IMG/VR virus record: IMGVR_UViG_3300031857_023573
Location: 128,001 to 192,000 of that record
Reading direction: 5' to 3' (one strand)
DNA from: a virus
Taxonomy: Duplodnaviria > Caudoviricetes
Length of the DNA: 64,000 nt
A model generated the notes under the pieces. It did no database searches. It saw only the letters and a program-made list of their open reading frames with translations, and was not told the DNA's origin. Made by a program: the position numbers and the translations under genes. Shown here in pieces: positions 1-9,618 of this stretch; positions within the stretch are counted from its first letter, which is position 1; each line of letters opens with the position of its first letter.

Positions 1-3000
1 TTAAATTTATTTGATGAGAAGTTCACAATTTCTGAGTATCGAACTAGTTTTAAGTATAAAAGTTCATCGGGCTCATCAGTGGCATCAAGATCTTTTTCCA
101 ACATATTGGTATATTTATCATCAAAAGATGAGAATATTAAGACAACTTCAAAATTTGATATCAGTGCTAATAGTCTTGTTACAAATACAAAAACTGTCAG
201 GCCTTCTATAGATGTTTATTTTAAATTTAATGCTAGTTCGTATAGGAGGCTTGACTATTTAAATTTTAATTTAAGAGAGGTCATAATACCAACTGGACCT
301 TACAGATTCAATATAGAAGGATTTACCGAGGCCACTTCTTGGGGTGGCCAAACCGCATCTTTAGTTGAAGTGTTCACATCTATTTCAAGTTTCACTTTTT
401 CGGGAGCTACATCAAGTTTGAATCTATACACAAGTCTTCAGTCTCTGGGTATTGGTACTTGGACCTACAGTGGTGATATCTTTGAAGTGTCAGGGGATTT
501 CGCGTATAGAAATATGATATTTACAGATGGTACAGACGGCGAAGTTATTGAATCTGTTGGTGCTCAGTACCAGTCTGAGAACGTCGTTAGAGAATTAAAT
601 AATTTATCTGTTGATAATGCCTATATACTAGATTCTGATTTCAAAAGTGGTCTTTTTAAAGACTCTACATGGTTAAGTGGTAATCATATGAACTACGTAA
701 GAGAACATTCACTTCCCACAAATTCTGAAGTTAGATATGATGGTGACATCGAGAGTGGTGGTCCAAATTCAAATCTAATTAGCTTAAGTACAGTCTCATC
801 AAAAAGGAAAAATCTAATTGACACAAATGATGTAGCGTTTCTTAATGGATTTTACTTCGATTCAGTGCCTATATCTGGAGAGAATTTAGTAAAACTACCA
901 AACACATACAAAGTATTCGAGTATACAGATGGTGCGTCAACTCAATTATACAAAATGTATGACTTTATTAATGGAACATCATCATCGATTTATGGATTAA
1001 TTGATACAACTTCTATAATATCGCAAAGATTCTTCTTGACACCTGGTGCTGAAAATGGATTTAACTACCTACATCCAGTCAAATTCGAGAACTCAAAGAT
1101 AAAACAAGGTATTTTCAAGATGACGTATTTTGAAAATTGCTTGTTGTATAATTCAGAATTTAATAATTTGGATAGAGATCCTAAAAATTATAGAAACTGG
1201 AAAAGTTTTTTAATTAGCGATACTCTTTTTCATGATAATGGTAATACAATAAAGTCTGGATTATTTTATAACTCCTACTGGTTATCTGGATCAGACAAAT
1301 GGTTAAATGGAATATTTTACAATTCAACTTGGAATGTACAGTCGTTTTCTTATTCATTCCAGGCAGTTGGTGATGTCAGAACAACTGCAATTAATAAATT
1401 CAACGATGGTATTGTTAAACAATCAAGATGGATAGATGGAGTTTTTGCAAGCGGTCAATTTTATAAAAATAATTCTAATATAGTCTTTACTCCCTTAGTT
1501 TATAATCTTATCGTGCTAAATAATACATCGGTAAGAAGACCTTTGACATTACATAGAACAAGATACTCTTGGGCTAATGGAACTTTTGAAAATGGAATTT
1601 TTGAACAAAGTACTTTCGAAGCAGGAACATTCAAAAATGGAGAATTTTTTAAATCAACATTCTTAACTGGCGATGCTGAAGGTGGAAATTTCGGAAAAAG
1701 AAGTTTGAAATATCCAGAAACTAGAGTCGCATCTGGTTCATTTAGTAATGTAAATGTGATATCTGCTGAATTTAGAGCAGCTAATCCAAACGGCTCAGTT
1801 GTAGGAAACTTCGAAATCGATTGGAACTCGGGTGTATTCAATAACGGATTATTTGGTGTCTATGTAGATTCAGCATCTTACTCTGAATCCGGAATAAATT
1901 ACTCATTTAGATCCACCTGGCATGATGGTATTTGGCAAAACGGAGTTTTCACAGATACGGCAAGATGGAGAAATGGTAAATTTAATGGTGGTAAATTTAC
2001 CTCTTACTTTGGTTACCCATTTGTTACAGCAGCATCCTACTCTTCAGCAACTGCTGATCTTTTCGCATGGGAGGATGGTGAATTCAATGATGGTGAATTT
2101 GGCCTTGGTTCTACTGGATCTAACTCAACCTGGTACAACGGTGAGTTTAACGGTGGTATCTTTACCGGTAGGTATTGGAATAACGGAATTTTCACTAGAG
2201 GTAAATTTATAGGATCTGGAAACACATCTACTTTGCTTTATAACATACCAAATTATGTATCCCAATTCTCAAACGACTTTTATGGTCTTTGGAATTCTGG
2301 GATTGTTTCTGAAATTAAAGATAAACAAATAGCAAACAAAAAGTTTACGCAGATACCTGAAAGAGAATTTACTAAAAAGAAAATTGTTTATCAAGCTGAA
2401 ATTAGAAATGCACTCTGGAGAGGTGGTGTTTTTTCACATAACAATGGCCTTTTTAACAACTCTGTTTGGACAGATGGTATTTTTGAAAAGGGTGTTTTTG
2501 CTAATTCATCGTTCAATCCATACATAAATTATTTAGTTAATGGGAATTTCCAAGAAACTATAGACGACAATGGTATATCTCAGCCAACTCAGCTTGTGAA
2601 ATGGCAGGTAGATTATTCTGATCAGGACTCTGATGGTAATGTTATAGGTGGCCTTTATACGATACAAAACACTAACGAATACTCCGGAGATATAAAGAGA
2701 GTATTTACCTACTTAGGTACAAGTAGTATCGCAACAGTTTATCAAACAACTGGATTGATAATAGGTGAGTCTTATACCTTTAGAATGATCGTAAGAGAAA
2801 GTTATAATATGGAAGTAAGATTTGGTGATTCAACTCTTTCTCTACAGAATAGAAATTTTACTTTACACGATACAAACTGGATTATAGGCGCTACATCTCA
2901 ATCTCTTGGCACTCAGCCAACTGTAATTGTTGCTACTGGTTCTCCAGGATATATTGACTATACAGATTCAACAGCAGATGGCTCACTTTACATAATATAT

Positions 3001-6000
3001 CCAGATATACTTAGTCCTGGTAGAAATTACTATGTAAGATTCTATGCATTTAATAAGACTAATATGGACGACCCATATATTGGTTCTTGTGATAGTTCAC
3101 AGGTTACAATAGAAGATGGTTACATTTTATCAACAGCTTTTGTTGATGGTATAAATATAACATTCTCACAAGTAGGTGTTCCATCTGTAGTTGGTAGTGA
3201 ATGTTTATACGAGTCAGTTATAACTGCAGACTATTCAGATTTAATGATTAATTTCACAACTTTGAGTAGTAACTCTCAATTATCATTAAATGGGTTTATA
3301 GTCACTTCAAATACCGGATTATATACATCTGATATTTCTCAAAGAACGGCATATAGTTACACATTCAATGCAGAGGGACCAGATTTCGCGATAGAGTTAA
3401 TTCCAATAGCAGAGGTTTCAGCTAATGGTGCACAATGGAATCCAGCAACGGTATCAATAGCCGGAATCGAGCTAGTCAAAGGTGAAAGTGGCTTTAATCT
3501 AAGTCAGGATTGTCACTGGGAAAATGGTACTTTGAGAAATTCCGAATTTTATATATCTGAGTGGTATAAAGGAAAATGGGAGTCTGGTAATGCAATTGGT
3601 ATGATTTGGAAAAATGGAGTTGCTAACTACATGAACGCCTTTAATGTAATGTGGGAAGGTGGGGTTTGGAGAAATGGAAATTGGAATGGATCGCCATTTG
3701 GATATGAAAATATCACTGAAAACGGATGTCTTTTGACCTTCACCGAGTCTCAATCTGAGGGTTCTCCTTTAAATTGGCTTGAAGAAATAGTCCCTGGTGG
3801 TGATTGGAACGGACTAAACCTTTTCAATGATTCTCAACCTCCAGCTAACGCTTCAGGAGAGGCATTAATAGGCATAGTGATAAATACACCACTAACATCC
3901 GGATCATTCAATGTTAGCGTGACAGATGGTAGTAGTGCTAATACAGATTTTCCAAGTGATTATAGAGACCCAGCTCTTGATCCAGACACTGCCAATTCTT
4001 GGGTTAACACATATGGATTTCCTTTTGTGCGTGCAAATCCAATAACTCACTTAAATCTTGGTGATACATATAGAGTCACTGTAAATATTGGGTCACTTAC
4101 TGTTGCTCAGGCAATAGACAGAGAAAATGTTGGAATTCAGATAAGTCTTGGAAGACCGGGTTCTGCTGGTGCGTATGGTGAAACATCAGGTACTTATGAA
4201 GGTTCACTATACCCTCTTTTTAAAGATATAGTTTCTGCAGAGGATTTTGTGAGTCCACACAGAAGAATTATAGATTTAGAAGGTCACACTGGTGCACTAG
4301 TTGATAGTGCTGTTATACCAGGAATTGATGGCTGGATTGGTAGTGGTGGGCAAATGACTGAAACTCTTATAGCAAGAGATAATGCGACTCTCTACTTACA
4401 CTTCAATCTATATGGAGTATCACAACTTACAATTGATAGTATTGTTGTAGAAAGAGTAATTTGTACAACTGCTGCTGAAATAAACGAGGGATATACTTCA
4501 GATATTATCACAAATATTGCGAAATACAGACAATCAATTGGTGATACATCTTATCAAGAAATATTTATAAATAATGCATTTACTTTTAGTATAGATGCTA
4601 GCTATCCAGATATTACTGGATCACCTGATGTTGATTCAACTACATTTACACAATCAAGCACTGTAGCAGAAACTTGGGAGTTTTTGAATAATTATACATA
4701 TTATCCAGTTCGACAAAGCTACGCAGTATCTTCGGGTGGTGCAAAAGGTGGTGGTGTATCATATATTCAAGTCAACAATGCATCAAGTGTTCAAACAGAT
4801 GGTCCAATTTGGCGATCTTTTTCACCAGCTACCAATTGGCTATATGTTGTTGATGAAAATTCAAGTATAGATATTTTTACAGCATCTGGTGAGTATGAAA
4901 TCACTTTTAGATATAGTTTTGGATGGTCAGATCCCAATGAGACACCAACTCAAACAAGTTATGGTGTGAAATTTAGAGTAGAAATAGGATATATTGAAGT
5001 TGGTGGTGTTCCTTTTGATAATGGTGGTATAAGAGAGCAATTTGATTCAGATGTTATTCCACTACCTGTAGCATCAGTCAGTGGTCCAAACATTTTGGGA
5101 TTTTTCACTGTTAATCCGACTGCTCAATATTATGCAGATGGTATGATAAGAACTTACACTACAATATTCAATCCCTCTGTGATAACAGAGACTTCTGACT
5201 CTACAAAATGGATGAGATTTAAAAAAATGAATATTGGAGGCATTGGTAGTCGAGTTGATGTAAGAATACATGGAATAACAATTACTAAAAAATCAACGCA
5301 GTATGACAATCAGTTTAATAATGCGACATATTCTTTATTAGCTGTTGATCCATCTTATGATGACGTATTAACATTGCCAAATTACTCTAAAACTGGTGTA
5401 GCTACCAATGGATATGTTGTATCAACAAGATTTGGAAACGGACTGTTCGTATCAGGAACTGGTTCTGCTCCGTCCTCTATTTGGGAGAATGGGGTGTGGA
5501 ATGATGGTTTAAGATATGACAAAAATGTTGTTGTGTTTACAGATTTGAGTAAATTATCCGGCAGTGATAAATCTGATGCAAGACAAGCAGAGTTTGAAAT
5601 TAAAGGAACTAGAGTTGGTACTATTCCGAATACTCGAGATGATAATTTCTCAAGAGTGAAATATTCTACAAAAAATTGGTTAATAACACTTGATGCTGCT
5701 GAGGGATATATTCAATTTGAAAACTCGTTAATTGACCAAAGTGGTCTAAATATAAATTATTACTTTAATGTTGGTGATAAAGTAAGTGTTGGTAATATTA
5801 TCTCAGTAGATATAAATGGAAAAAGAAAACTAATCAGAGATTATTTTACAGTTGTCGCGATAACAAGAACAACAAAAACTGATACAATTAACCCAGTTTG
5901 GCAACTTATACTTAGTATTTCAATAAACTTTCCTATAAGGACAATAGAAAGGGATTCTGTAAATCATCCAATCTATGTTTCAAAAAATATTTGGCTGAAT

Positions 6001-7734
6001 GGGGCTTACTTAAACGGAACATTTAGAGGTATATGGACAAACGGACTTTTCAAAGGTAGACCTTACCTAACAAAAATGATTGATAGTCAATGGATAGATG
6101 GTCGATTTGATGGTGGTCACTTTAGAGGAAAAACAGCATCTATTATCGATAATATACTATCAGATACGCCTGAAGTTGAAGTATTCCCGTCTGGACTAAT
6201 ACAGAATTTTATATTTAAAGATAATAATATATCAGGTCGACCTTTTGGATTTCTTTATAACTCTTGGTTAGAACTAAATTATATCACGACACAAGCCGTT
6301 AATCTCGGGAAAAATGAACTGATTTCGAATGTTTCAACTAGAGTAGATAGAATAAATTACGGTATCCGAGTGCCAAAATCAAATACTTGGTCTATAAATA
6401 ATTACTACGGATATCCGACAAAAGATATCTTATCTAGTATTTCATATTTCAGAAACGGTGACGATCTAAATATACAGGCCTATAGTCTAGGTTGGAAATT
6501 TAAAAGATATGAACAATTTATACCAGATAATGGTGAGTTTTTGAATCCATTCGACAATTATGAAGAAACGAGAACCGTTACCTCTGAAGGTATTGCTGTA
6601 CAGGAGCAGGGTGTCTCCGAATATCCGGGTATGAAAAACTTTTTTGATCAAGGATGGACTTTTTCTACTAGATTAAATCAGCTCGGGTGGCGTACCGAAA
6701 TACCCGGTGGTGATTCTAGGACACTTTATAGATTTTCTTCTAATACAGAACAACCCTATCCAATAAATGAAAGTGGAGGGTATTACGGAGTTCCGGACGA
6801 ATCAGGCTATAACTTATCAAAAATGGTAGTGCAATTAAATAATCCAATTTTAGCTTTTGATGGATACGCCGATGATATCGAGTCTGAAGTGGGTCAAATA
6901 AGGCTTGATAATACTTACACAAAACTGCCAAGGAATAAGTATACAATTTTAGAATTCAAACTAGACTTCAAAGGAGCTACATTCTCTAATGATTTATTTT
7001 ATTATCCACTTAGTATATACCCACCAGGTACCCAATCAAGTGCCCCTAGAAATTATAACTTACTTGATGATTTTACATATCTGGGTACTACATTTAGTAG
7101 AGAAGGTTATACACTACAAGATGGAACTTTTGTAAACTACGAAATATTACCTACCGGAACAAGTCCATATACTTGGCCCATAAATCACTTAAATAATTTT
7201 GAATCTGTTAAAGTTGAATATTTCTATAACAAACCGGATATAAGTTTTTACTTCTATGAAGATATTGACAACACCGGACCAAATAACAAAAGATATTATT
7301 TTGATTTCATAAGATATACAGAAGTTGATATGATTCCGTTCTTTAGATACGCAACTGGATCTAGAATTACATCTTATCCACAATCACCACTTTCATCAGT
7401 TGCTCCATTTATAGACTATACAAATTCAGAATTTTCACTCATTGATAATATCAATATTTCAGAAGCTAACTTCTCTATTGAAGACAATGTGGTGAGTCTT
7501 GTAAGTTCTAGTGGATTTAAATTTTCCGCAGATGAAGAAGCTTCGCCTGCAAGTACCTATGCTGAGTTTCTACAAGATATAGAAGAAACTAATAGTCTTC
7601 TCAATTTAGGTAATACTCAGGATATATTTTCATCAGCTGGCGGAGGAGGATTATCAAGTGGTGATACTAGTGGTGGGATATCTACTGGAGACACTATACC
7701 ACAAAGTAGTAAAGGAACAAGTAAAGGTGCTTAA
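1..7734 (+). CDS. Giant (>2,570 aa, 5'-truncated) pentapeptide-repeat protein, probable virion/tail-associated protein
   Basis: Frame 1 is open from base 1 (LNLFDEKFTISEY...), so the track's GTG start at 79 is internal. Clusters of G-x-(W/F)-x-x repeats (e.g. WHDGIWQNGVFTDTARWRNGKFNGGKF) alternate with beta-rich globular segments, and the C-terminus is Ser/Gly/Thr-rich. Structural role is inferred. Confidence 0.6.
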   Translation, partial: LNLFDEKFTISEYRTSFKYKSSSGSSVASRSFSNILVYLSSKDENIKTTSKFDISANSLVTNTKTVRPSIDVYFKFNASSYRRLDYLNFNLREVIIPTGPYRFNIEGFTEATSWGGQTASLVEVFTSISSFTFSGATSSLNLYTSLQSLGIGTWTYSGDIFEVSGDFAYRNMIFTDGTDGEVIESVGAQYQSENVVRELNNLSVDNAYILDSDFKSGLFKDSTWLSGNHMNYVREHSLPTNSEVRYDGDIESGGPNSNLISLSTVSSKRKNLIDTNDVAFLNGFYFDSVPISGENLVKLPNTYKVFEYTDGASTQLYKMYDFINGTSSSIYGLIDTTSIISQRFFLTPGAENGFNYLHPVKFENSKIKQGIFKMTYFENCLLYNSEFNNLDRDPKNYRNWKSFLISDTLFHDNGNTIKSGLFYNSYWLSGSDKWLNGIFYNSTWNVQSFSYSFQAVGDVRTTAINKFNDGIVKQSRWIDGVFASGQFYKNNSNIVFTPLVYNLIVLNNTSVRRPLTLHRTRYSWANGTFENGIFEQSTFEAGTFKNGEFFKSTFLTGDAEGGNFGKRSLKYPETRVASGSFSNVNVISAEFRAANPNGSVVGNFEIDWNSGVFNNGLFGVYVDSASYSESGINYSFRSTWHDGIWQNGVFTDTARWRNGKFNGGKFTSYFGYPFVTAASYSSATADLFAWEDGEFNDGEFGLGSTGSNSTWYNGEFNGGIFTGRYWNNGIFTRGKFIGSGNTSTLLYNIPNYVSQFSNDFYGLWNSGIVSEIKDKQIANKKFTQIPEREFTKKKIVYQAEIRNALWRGGVFSHNNGLFNNSVWTDGIFEKGVFANSSFNPYINYLVNGNFQETIDDNGISQPTQLVKWQVDYSDQDSDGNVIGGLYTIQNTNEYSGDIKRVFTYLGTSSIATVYQTTGLIIGESYTFRMIVRESYNMEVRFGDSTLSLQNRNFTLHDTNWIIGATSQSLGTQPTVIVATGSPGYIDYTDSTADGSLYIIYPDILSPGRNYYVRFYAFNKTNMDDPYIGSCDSSQVTIEDGYILSTAFVDGINITFSQVGVPSVVGSECLYESVITADYSDLMINFTTLSSNSQLSLNGFIVTSNTGLYTSDISQRTAYSYTFNAEGPDFAIELIPIAEVSANGAQWNPATVSIAGIELVKGESGFNLSQDCHWENGTLRNSEFYISEWYKGKWESGNAIGMIWKNGVANYMNAFNVMWEGGVWRNGNWNGSPFGYENITENGCLLTFTESQSEGSPLNWLEEIVPGGDWNGLNLFNDSQPPANASGEALIGIVINTPLTSGSFNVSVTDGSSANTDFPSDYRDPALDPDTANSWVNTYGFPFVRANPITHLNLGDTYRVTVNIGSLTVAQAIDRENVGIQISLGRPGSAGAYGETSGTYEGSLYPLFKDIVSAEDFVSPHRRIIDLEGHTGALVDSAVIPGIDGWIGSGGQMTETLIARDNATLYLHFNLYGVSQLTIDSIVVERVICTTAAEINEGYTSDIITNIAKYRQSIGDTSYQEIFINNAFTFSIDASYPDITGSPDVDSTTFTQSSTVAETWEFLNNYTYYPVRQSYAVSSGGAKGGGVSYIQVNNASSVQTDGPIWRSFSPATNWLYVVDENSSIDIFTASGEYEITFRYSFGWSDPNETPTQTSYGVKFRVEIGYIEVGGVPFDNGGIREQFDSDVIPLPVASVSGPNILGFFTVNPTAQYYADGMIRTYTTIFNPSVITETSDSTKWMRFKKMNIGGIGSRVDVRIHGITITKKSTQYDNQFNNATYSLLAVDPSYDDVLTLPNYSKTGVATNGYVVSTRFGNGLFVSGTGSAPSSIWENGVWNDGLRYDKNVVVFTDLSKLSGSDKSDARQAEFEIKGTRVGTIPNTRDDNFSRVKYSTKNWLITLDAAEGYIQFENSLIDQSGLNINYYFNVGDKVSVGNIISVDINGKRKLIRDYFTVVAITRTTKTDTINPVWQLILSISINFPIRTIERDSVNHPIYVSKNIWLNGAYLNGTFRGIWTNGLFKGRPYLTKMIDSQWIDGRFDGGHFRGKTASIIDNILSDTPEVEVFPSGLIQNFIFKDNNISGRPFGFLYNSWLELNYITTQAVNLGKNELISNVSTRVDRINYGIRVPKSNTWSINNYYGYPTKDILSSISYFRNGDDLNIQAYSLGWKFKRYEQFIPDNGEFLNPFDNYEETRTVTSEGIAVQEQGVSEYPGMKNFFDQGWTFSTRLNQLGWRTEIPGGDSRTLYRFSSNTEQPYPINESGGYYGVPDESGYNLSKMVVQLNNPILAFDGYADDIESEVGQIRLDNTYTKLPRNKYTILEFKLDFKGATFSNDLFYYPLSIYPPGTQSSAPRNYNLLDDFTYLGTTFSREGYTLQDGTFVNYEILPTGTSPYTWPINHLNNFESVKVEYFYNKPDISFYFYEDIDNTGPNNKRYYFDFIRYTEVDMIPFFRYATGSRITSYPQSPLSSVAPFIDYTNSEFSLIDNINISEANFSIEDNVVSLVSSSGFKFSADEEASPASTYAEFLQDIEETNSLLNLGNTQDIFSSAGGGGLSSGDTSGGISTGDTIPQSSKGTSKGA

Positions 7735-8462
7735 TCCTTTTTAAGCTTTAGAATTAAATCTCCGACTTTGCCCGGCTCATTTTTAGAAAAATGACCCATG
7801 TGTTTTATAATAGTCTCGTCTTTCTCTTTTTCCAATTTAATTTTAGTAAGTTTTTGCTTGCCTAAAATTCTTTTATCTCCTTTACAGGTTTGACAGTCTT
7901 TGCTTCCTAATTTTCCTTGACCGAAACAGAAAGAACATTTATTACCAAATGGATCTTTTCCAGATCCTTCGCAAAAATCACATCCATCATCAGAATCGAA
8001 GATCCCCTTAACATTGCCTTCATCATCTTTAATAACAAATTTGCTTTTTAAGTCTTTTCCTGTGCCATTACAAGTTTTACAAATGACCCATCTTTGATAT
8101 TCTATTGTTCCAGAGAAATTATTATCAACTATCTCAACTATGTTCAAAACTTGATTCTTTTTGAAATCTTCGTATTTTTTATTCTCCTTATCAAAATCAA
8201 AATCAACTGAAACTACATAAAGTTCTTCTAGTTCATTGTAGTCTTTTCCCCATTTACTCTTTCTATCATATTCAATCCTAAGTTCACTATTTGATAAGAC
8301 ACTATAAGCTTCAGAAATAGAGTTAAAAAGTTCAGTATCAACACCAGAATTTTTATCCGGATGATATTCAAAAGATAGTTTGTAGTAGGCCTTTTTTATT
8401 TCTACATCAGTGCTTTGATGTTTGACTCCTAAAACTTTATAATAATTAGTTTGTAAATTCAT
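7731..8462 (-). CDS. Truncated DnaJ-like co-chaperone (J domain + Zn finger, no G/F region, short C-terminus)
   Basis: N-terminal J domain with HPD (YHPDKN); four Cys repeats CKTCNGTG, CDFCEGSG, CSFCFGQG, CQTCKGDK; ends at PGKVGDLILKL. Confidence 0.85.
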   Translation of the reverse strand: MNLQTNYYKVLGVKHQSTDVEIKKAYYKLSFEYHPDKNSGVDTELFNSISEAYSVLSNSELRIEYDRKSKWGKDYNELEELYVVSVDFDFDKENKKYEDFKKNQVLNIVEIVDNNFSGTIEYQRWVICKTCNGTGKDLKSKFVIKDDEGNVKGIFDSDDGCDFCEGSGKDPFGNKCSFCFGQGKLGSKDCQTCKGDKRILGKQKLTKIKLEKEKDETIIKHMGHFSKNEPGKVGDLILKLKKD

Positions 8463-8857
8463 TTTTCAAATTCTCCTTCGATCAGATGAATGCAGAAATT
8501 ACACATAAGATCAAATTTACCAGAAATTGTTTGAGGTATATCTATGGGTCTAAAAAACTCAATACAAAGTTGAACATCTAACCAGCTTGGATTATTTTTA
8601 AGGTTAATTAATACGTTGGATATGTTTTCTTTGTTAAATTCGCTTGTGTCTGGAAAACTCGAAGATAGTTCATATTTTTCAATAACTTCTTTTCTTACTG
8701 TTTGATAAGACTGCCAATTATTGTCATATTTATCGACAAATTTCTGAGACCAATCATCTAAAAATAAAGCATCTGCATTAAATAAAGAATCTAAGTCCTC
8801 AAAATTTTTACACAATAAAATTGAATCTTTAGTAATAAATCTTTTGTGAAATCCCAT
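8459..8857 (-). CDS. Hypothetical protein
   Basis: 132-aa ORF tightly packed in the operon between bS21 and the DnaJ-like gene. Confidence 0.6.
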   Translation of the reverse strand: MGFHKRFITKDSILLCKNFEDLDSLFNADALFLDDWSQKFVDKYDNNWQSYQTVRKEVIEKYELSSSFPDTSEFNKENISNVLINLKNNPSWLDVQLCIEFFRPIDIPQTISGKFDLMCNFCIHLIEGEFEK

Positions 8858-8858
8858 T

Positions 8859-9056
8859 TTAAAACTCCTCTTCTTGTCTTTTCTTTTTTTCTAAATAAAT
8901 TGCCTTTTTAACTTCGTCTCTTCTTTGTACAGATTTTTTTGTATAACTCTGTCTGTTTCTAAGTTCCCTAAGAACTTTAGTGCTATCAAATTTTCTTTTG
9001 AATTTTTTTAAAGCTCTTTCAATAGTATCTTTACCAGTAACTTCAATTATTATCAT
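8859..9056 (-). CDS. rpsU: 30S ribosomal protein bS21, Bacteroidota-like
   Basis: 65 aa, basic; IERALKKFKRKFD...LRELRNRQSYTKKSVQRR matches the bS21 pattern; start overlaps the upstream stop (ATGA). Confidence 0.93.
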   Translation of the reverse strand: MIIIEVTGKDTIERALKKFKRKFDSTKVLRELRNRQSYTKKSVQRRDEVKKAIYLEKKKRQEEEF

Positions 9057-9325
9057 AAGATTGTTTTTAATTTTATATCTCTAATTAGTTGATTTCTTTC
9101 TGCTTCTGACATTTTTTTAAAGTCTTCAAATTTTATATCAAATCCTAGTGCAGCCAGTACAATCTCAAAAAAACTAGTAAGATCCTTATCGATAGATATA
9201 TTAGTGTCCCAAGTTCCTCCTCCACTTGAGTACACCAAATGACTCCCAGACGTGAGCGTTGTTCCACTTATAACCCCGGTGTTTATTGAACTAGCAATAT
9301 TTATATTATTATAGGTATTTGACAT
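9053..9325 (-). CDS. Hypothetical protein with C-terminal IRDIKLKTIL motif
   Basis: 90-aa ORF; its TGA stop overlaps the rpsU ATG. Confidence 0.65.
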   Translation of the reverse strand: MSNTYNNINIASSINTGVISGTTLTSGSHLVYSSGGGTWDTNISIDKDLTSFFEIVLAALGFDIKFEDFKKMSEAERNQLIRDIKLKTIL

Positions 9326-9333
9326 AAGTATTT

Positions 9334-9342
9334 TATATATTA
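9334..9342 (-). promoter_or_regulatory. Putative late-promoter motif TAATATATA (bS21 operon)
   Basis: Exact motif 8 nt upstream of the 9325 start; recurs upstream of structural genes. Confidence 0.4.
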
Positions 9343-9347
9343 TATTT

Positions 9348-9617
9348 TCACTTAAAGTTCAAAACTTGCTCAAGTTTTAAATTTCTCAAGTTTTCCTTGA
9401 TATTTATAACAAATAGATTCATAGAATCAACTTTGGATACGCCACGATATGTCATTTTAATTATTTTACTATCAAAACTTTTTATAATCGGGTAGGTATC
9501 TTCAGGTAGTTGTTCAACTGTCCATATTGGCAACATTTTATCAATATCAAATCTGATATTATAGTCTGTGTATTCTACAAACCTACCATCTATACTATAT
9601 TTTACAAGCACCTCCAT
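9348..9617 (-). CDS. Hypothetical protein with C-terminal LRNLKLEQVL motif
   Basis: ORF-track frame; ATG at 9617 (MEVLVKY), immediately after the SbcC stop, is preferred to the longer overlapping start. Confidence 0.6.
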   Translation of the reverse strand: MEVLVKYSIDGRFVEYTDYNIRFDIDKMLPIWTVEQLPEDTYPIIKSFDSKIIKMTYRGVSKVDSMNLFVINIKENLRNLKLEQVLNFK

Positions 9618-9618
9618 T

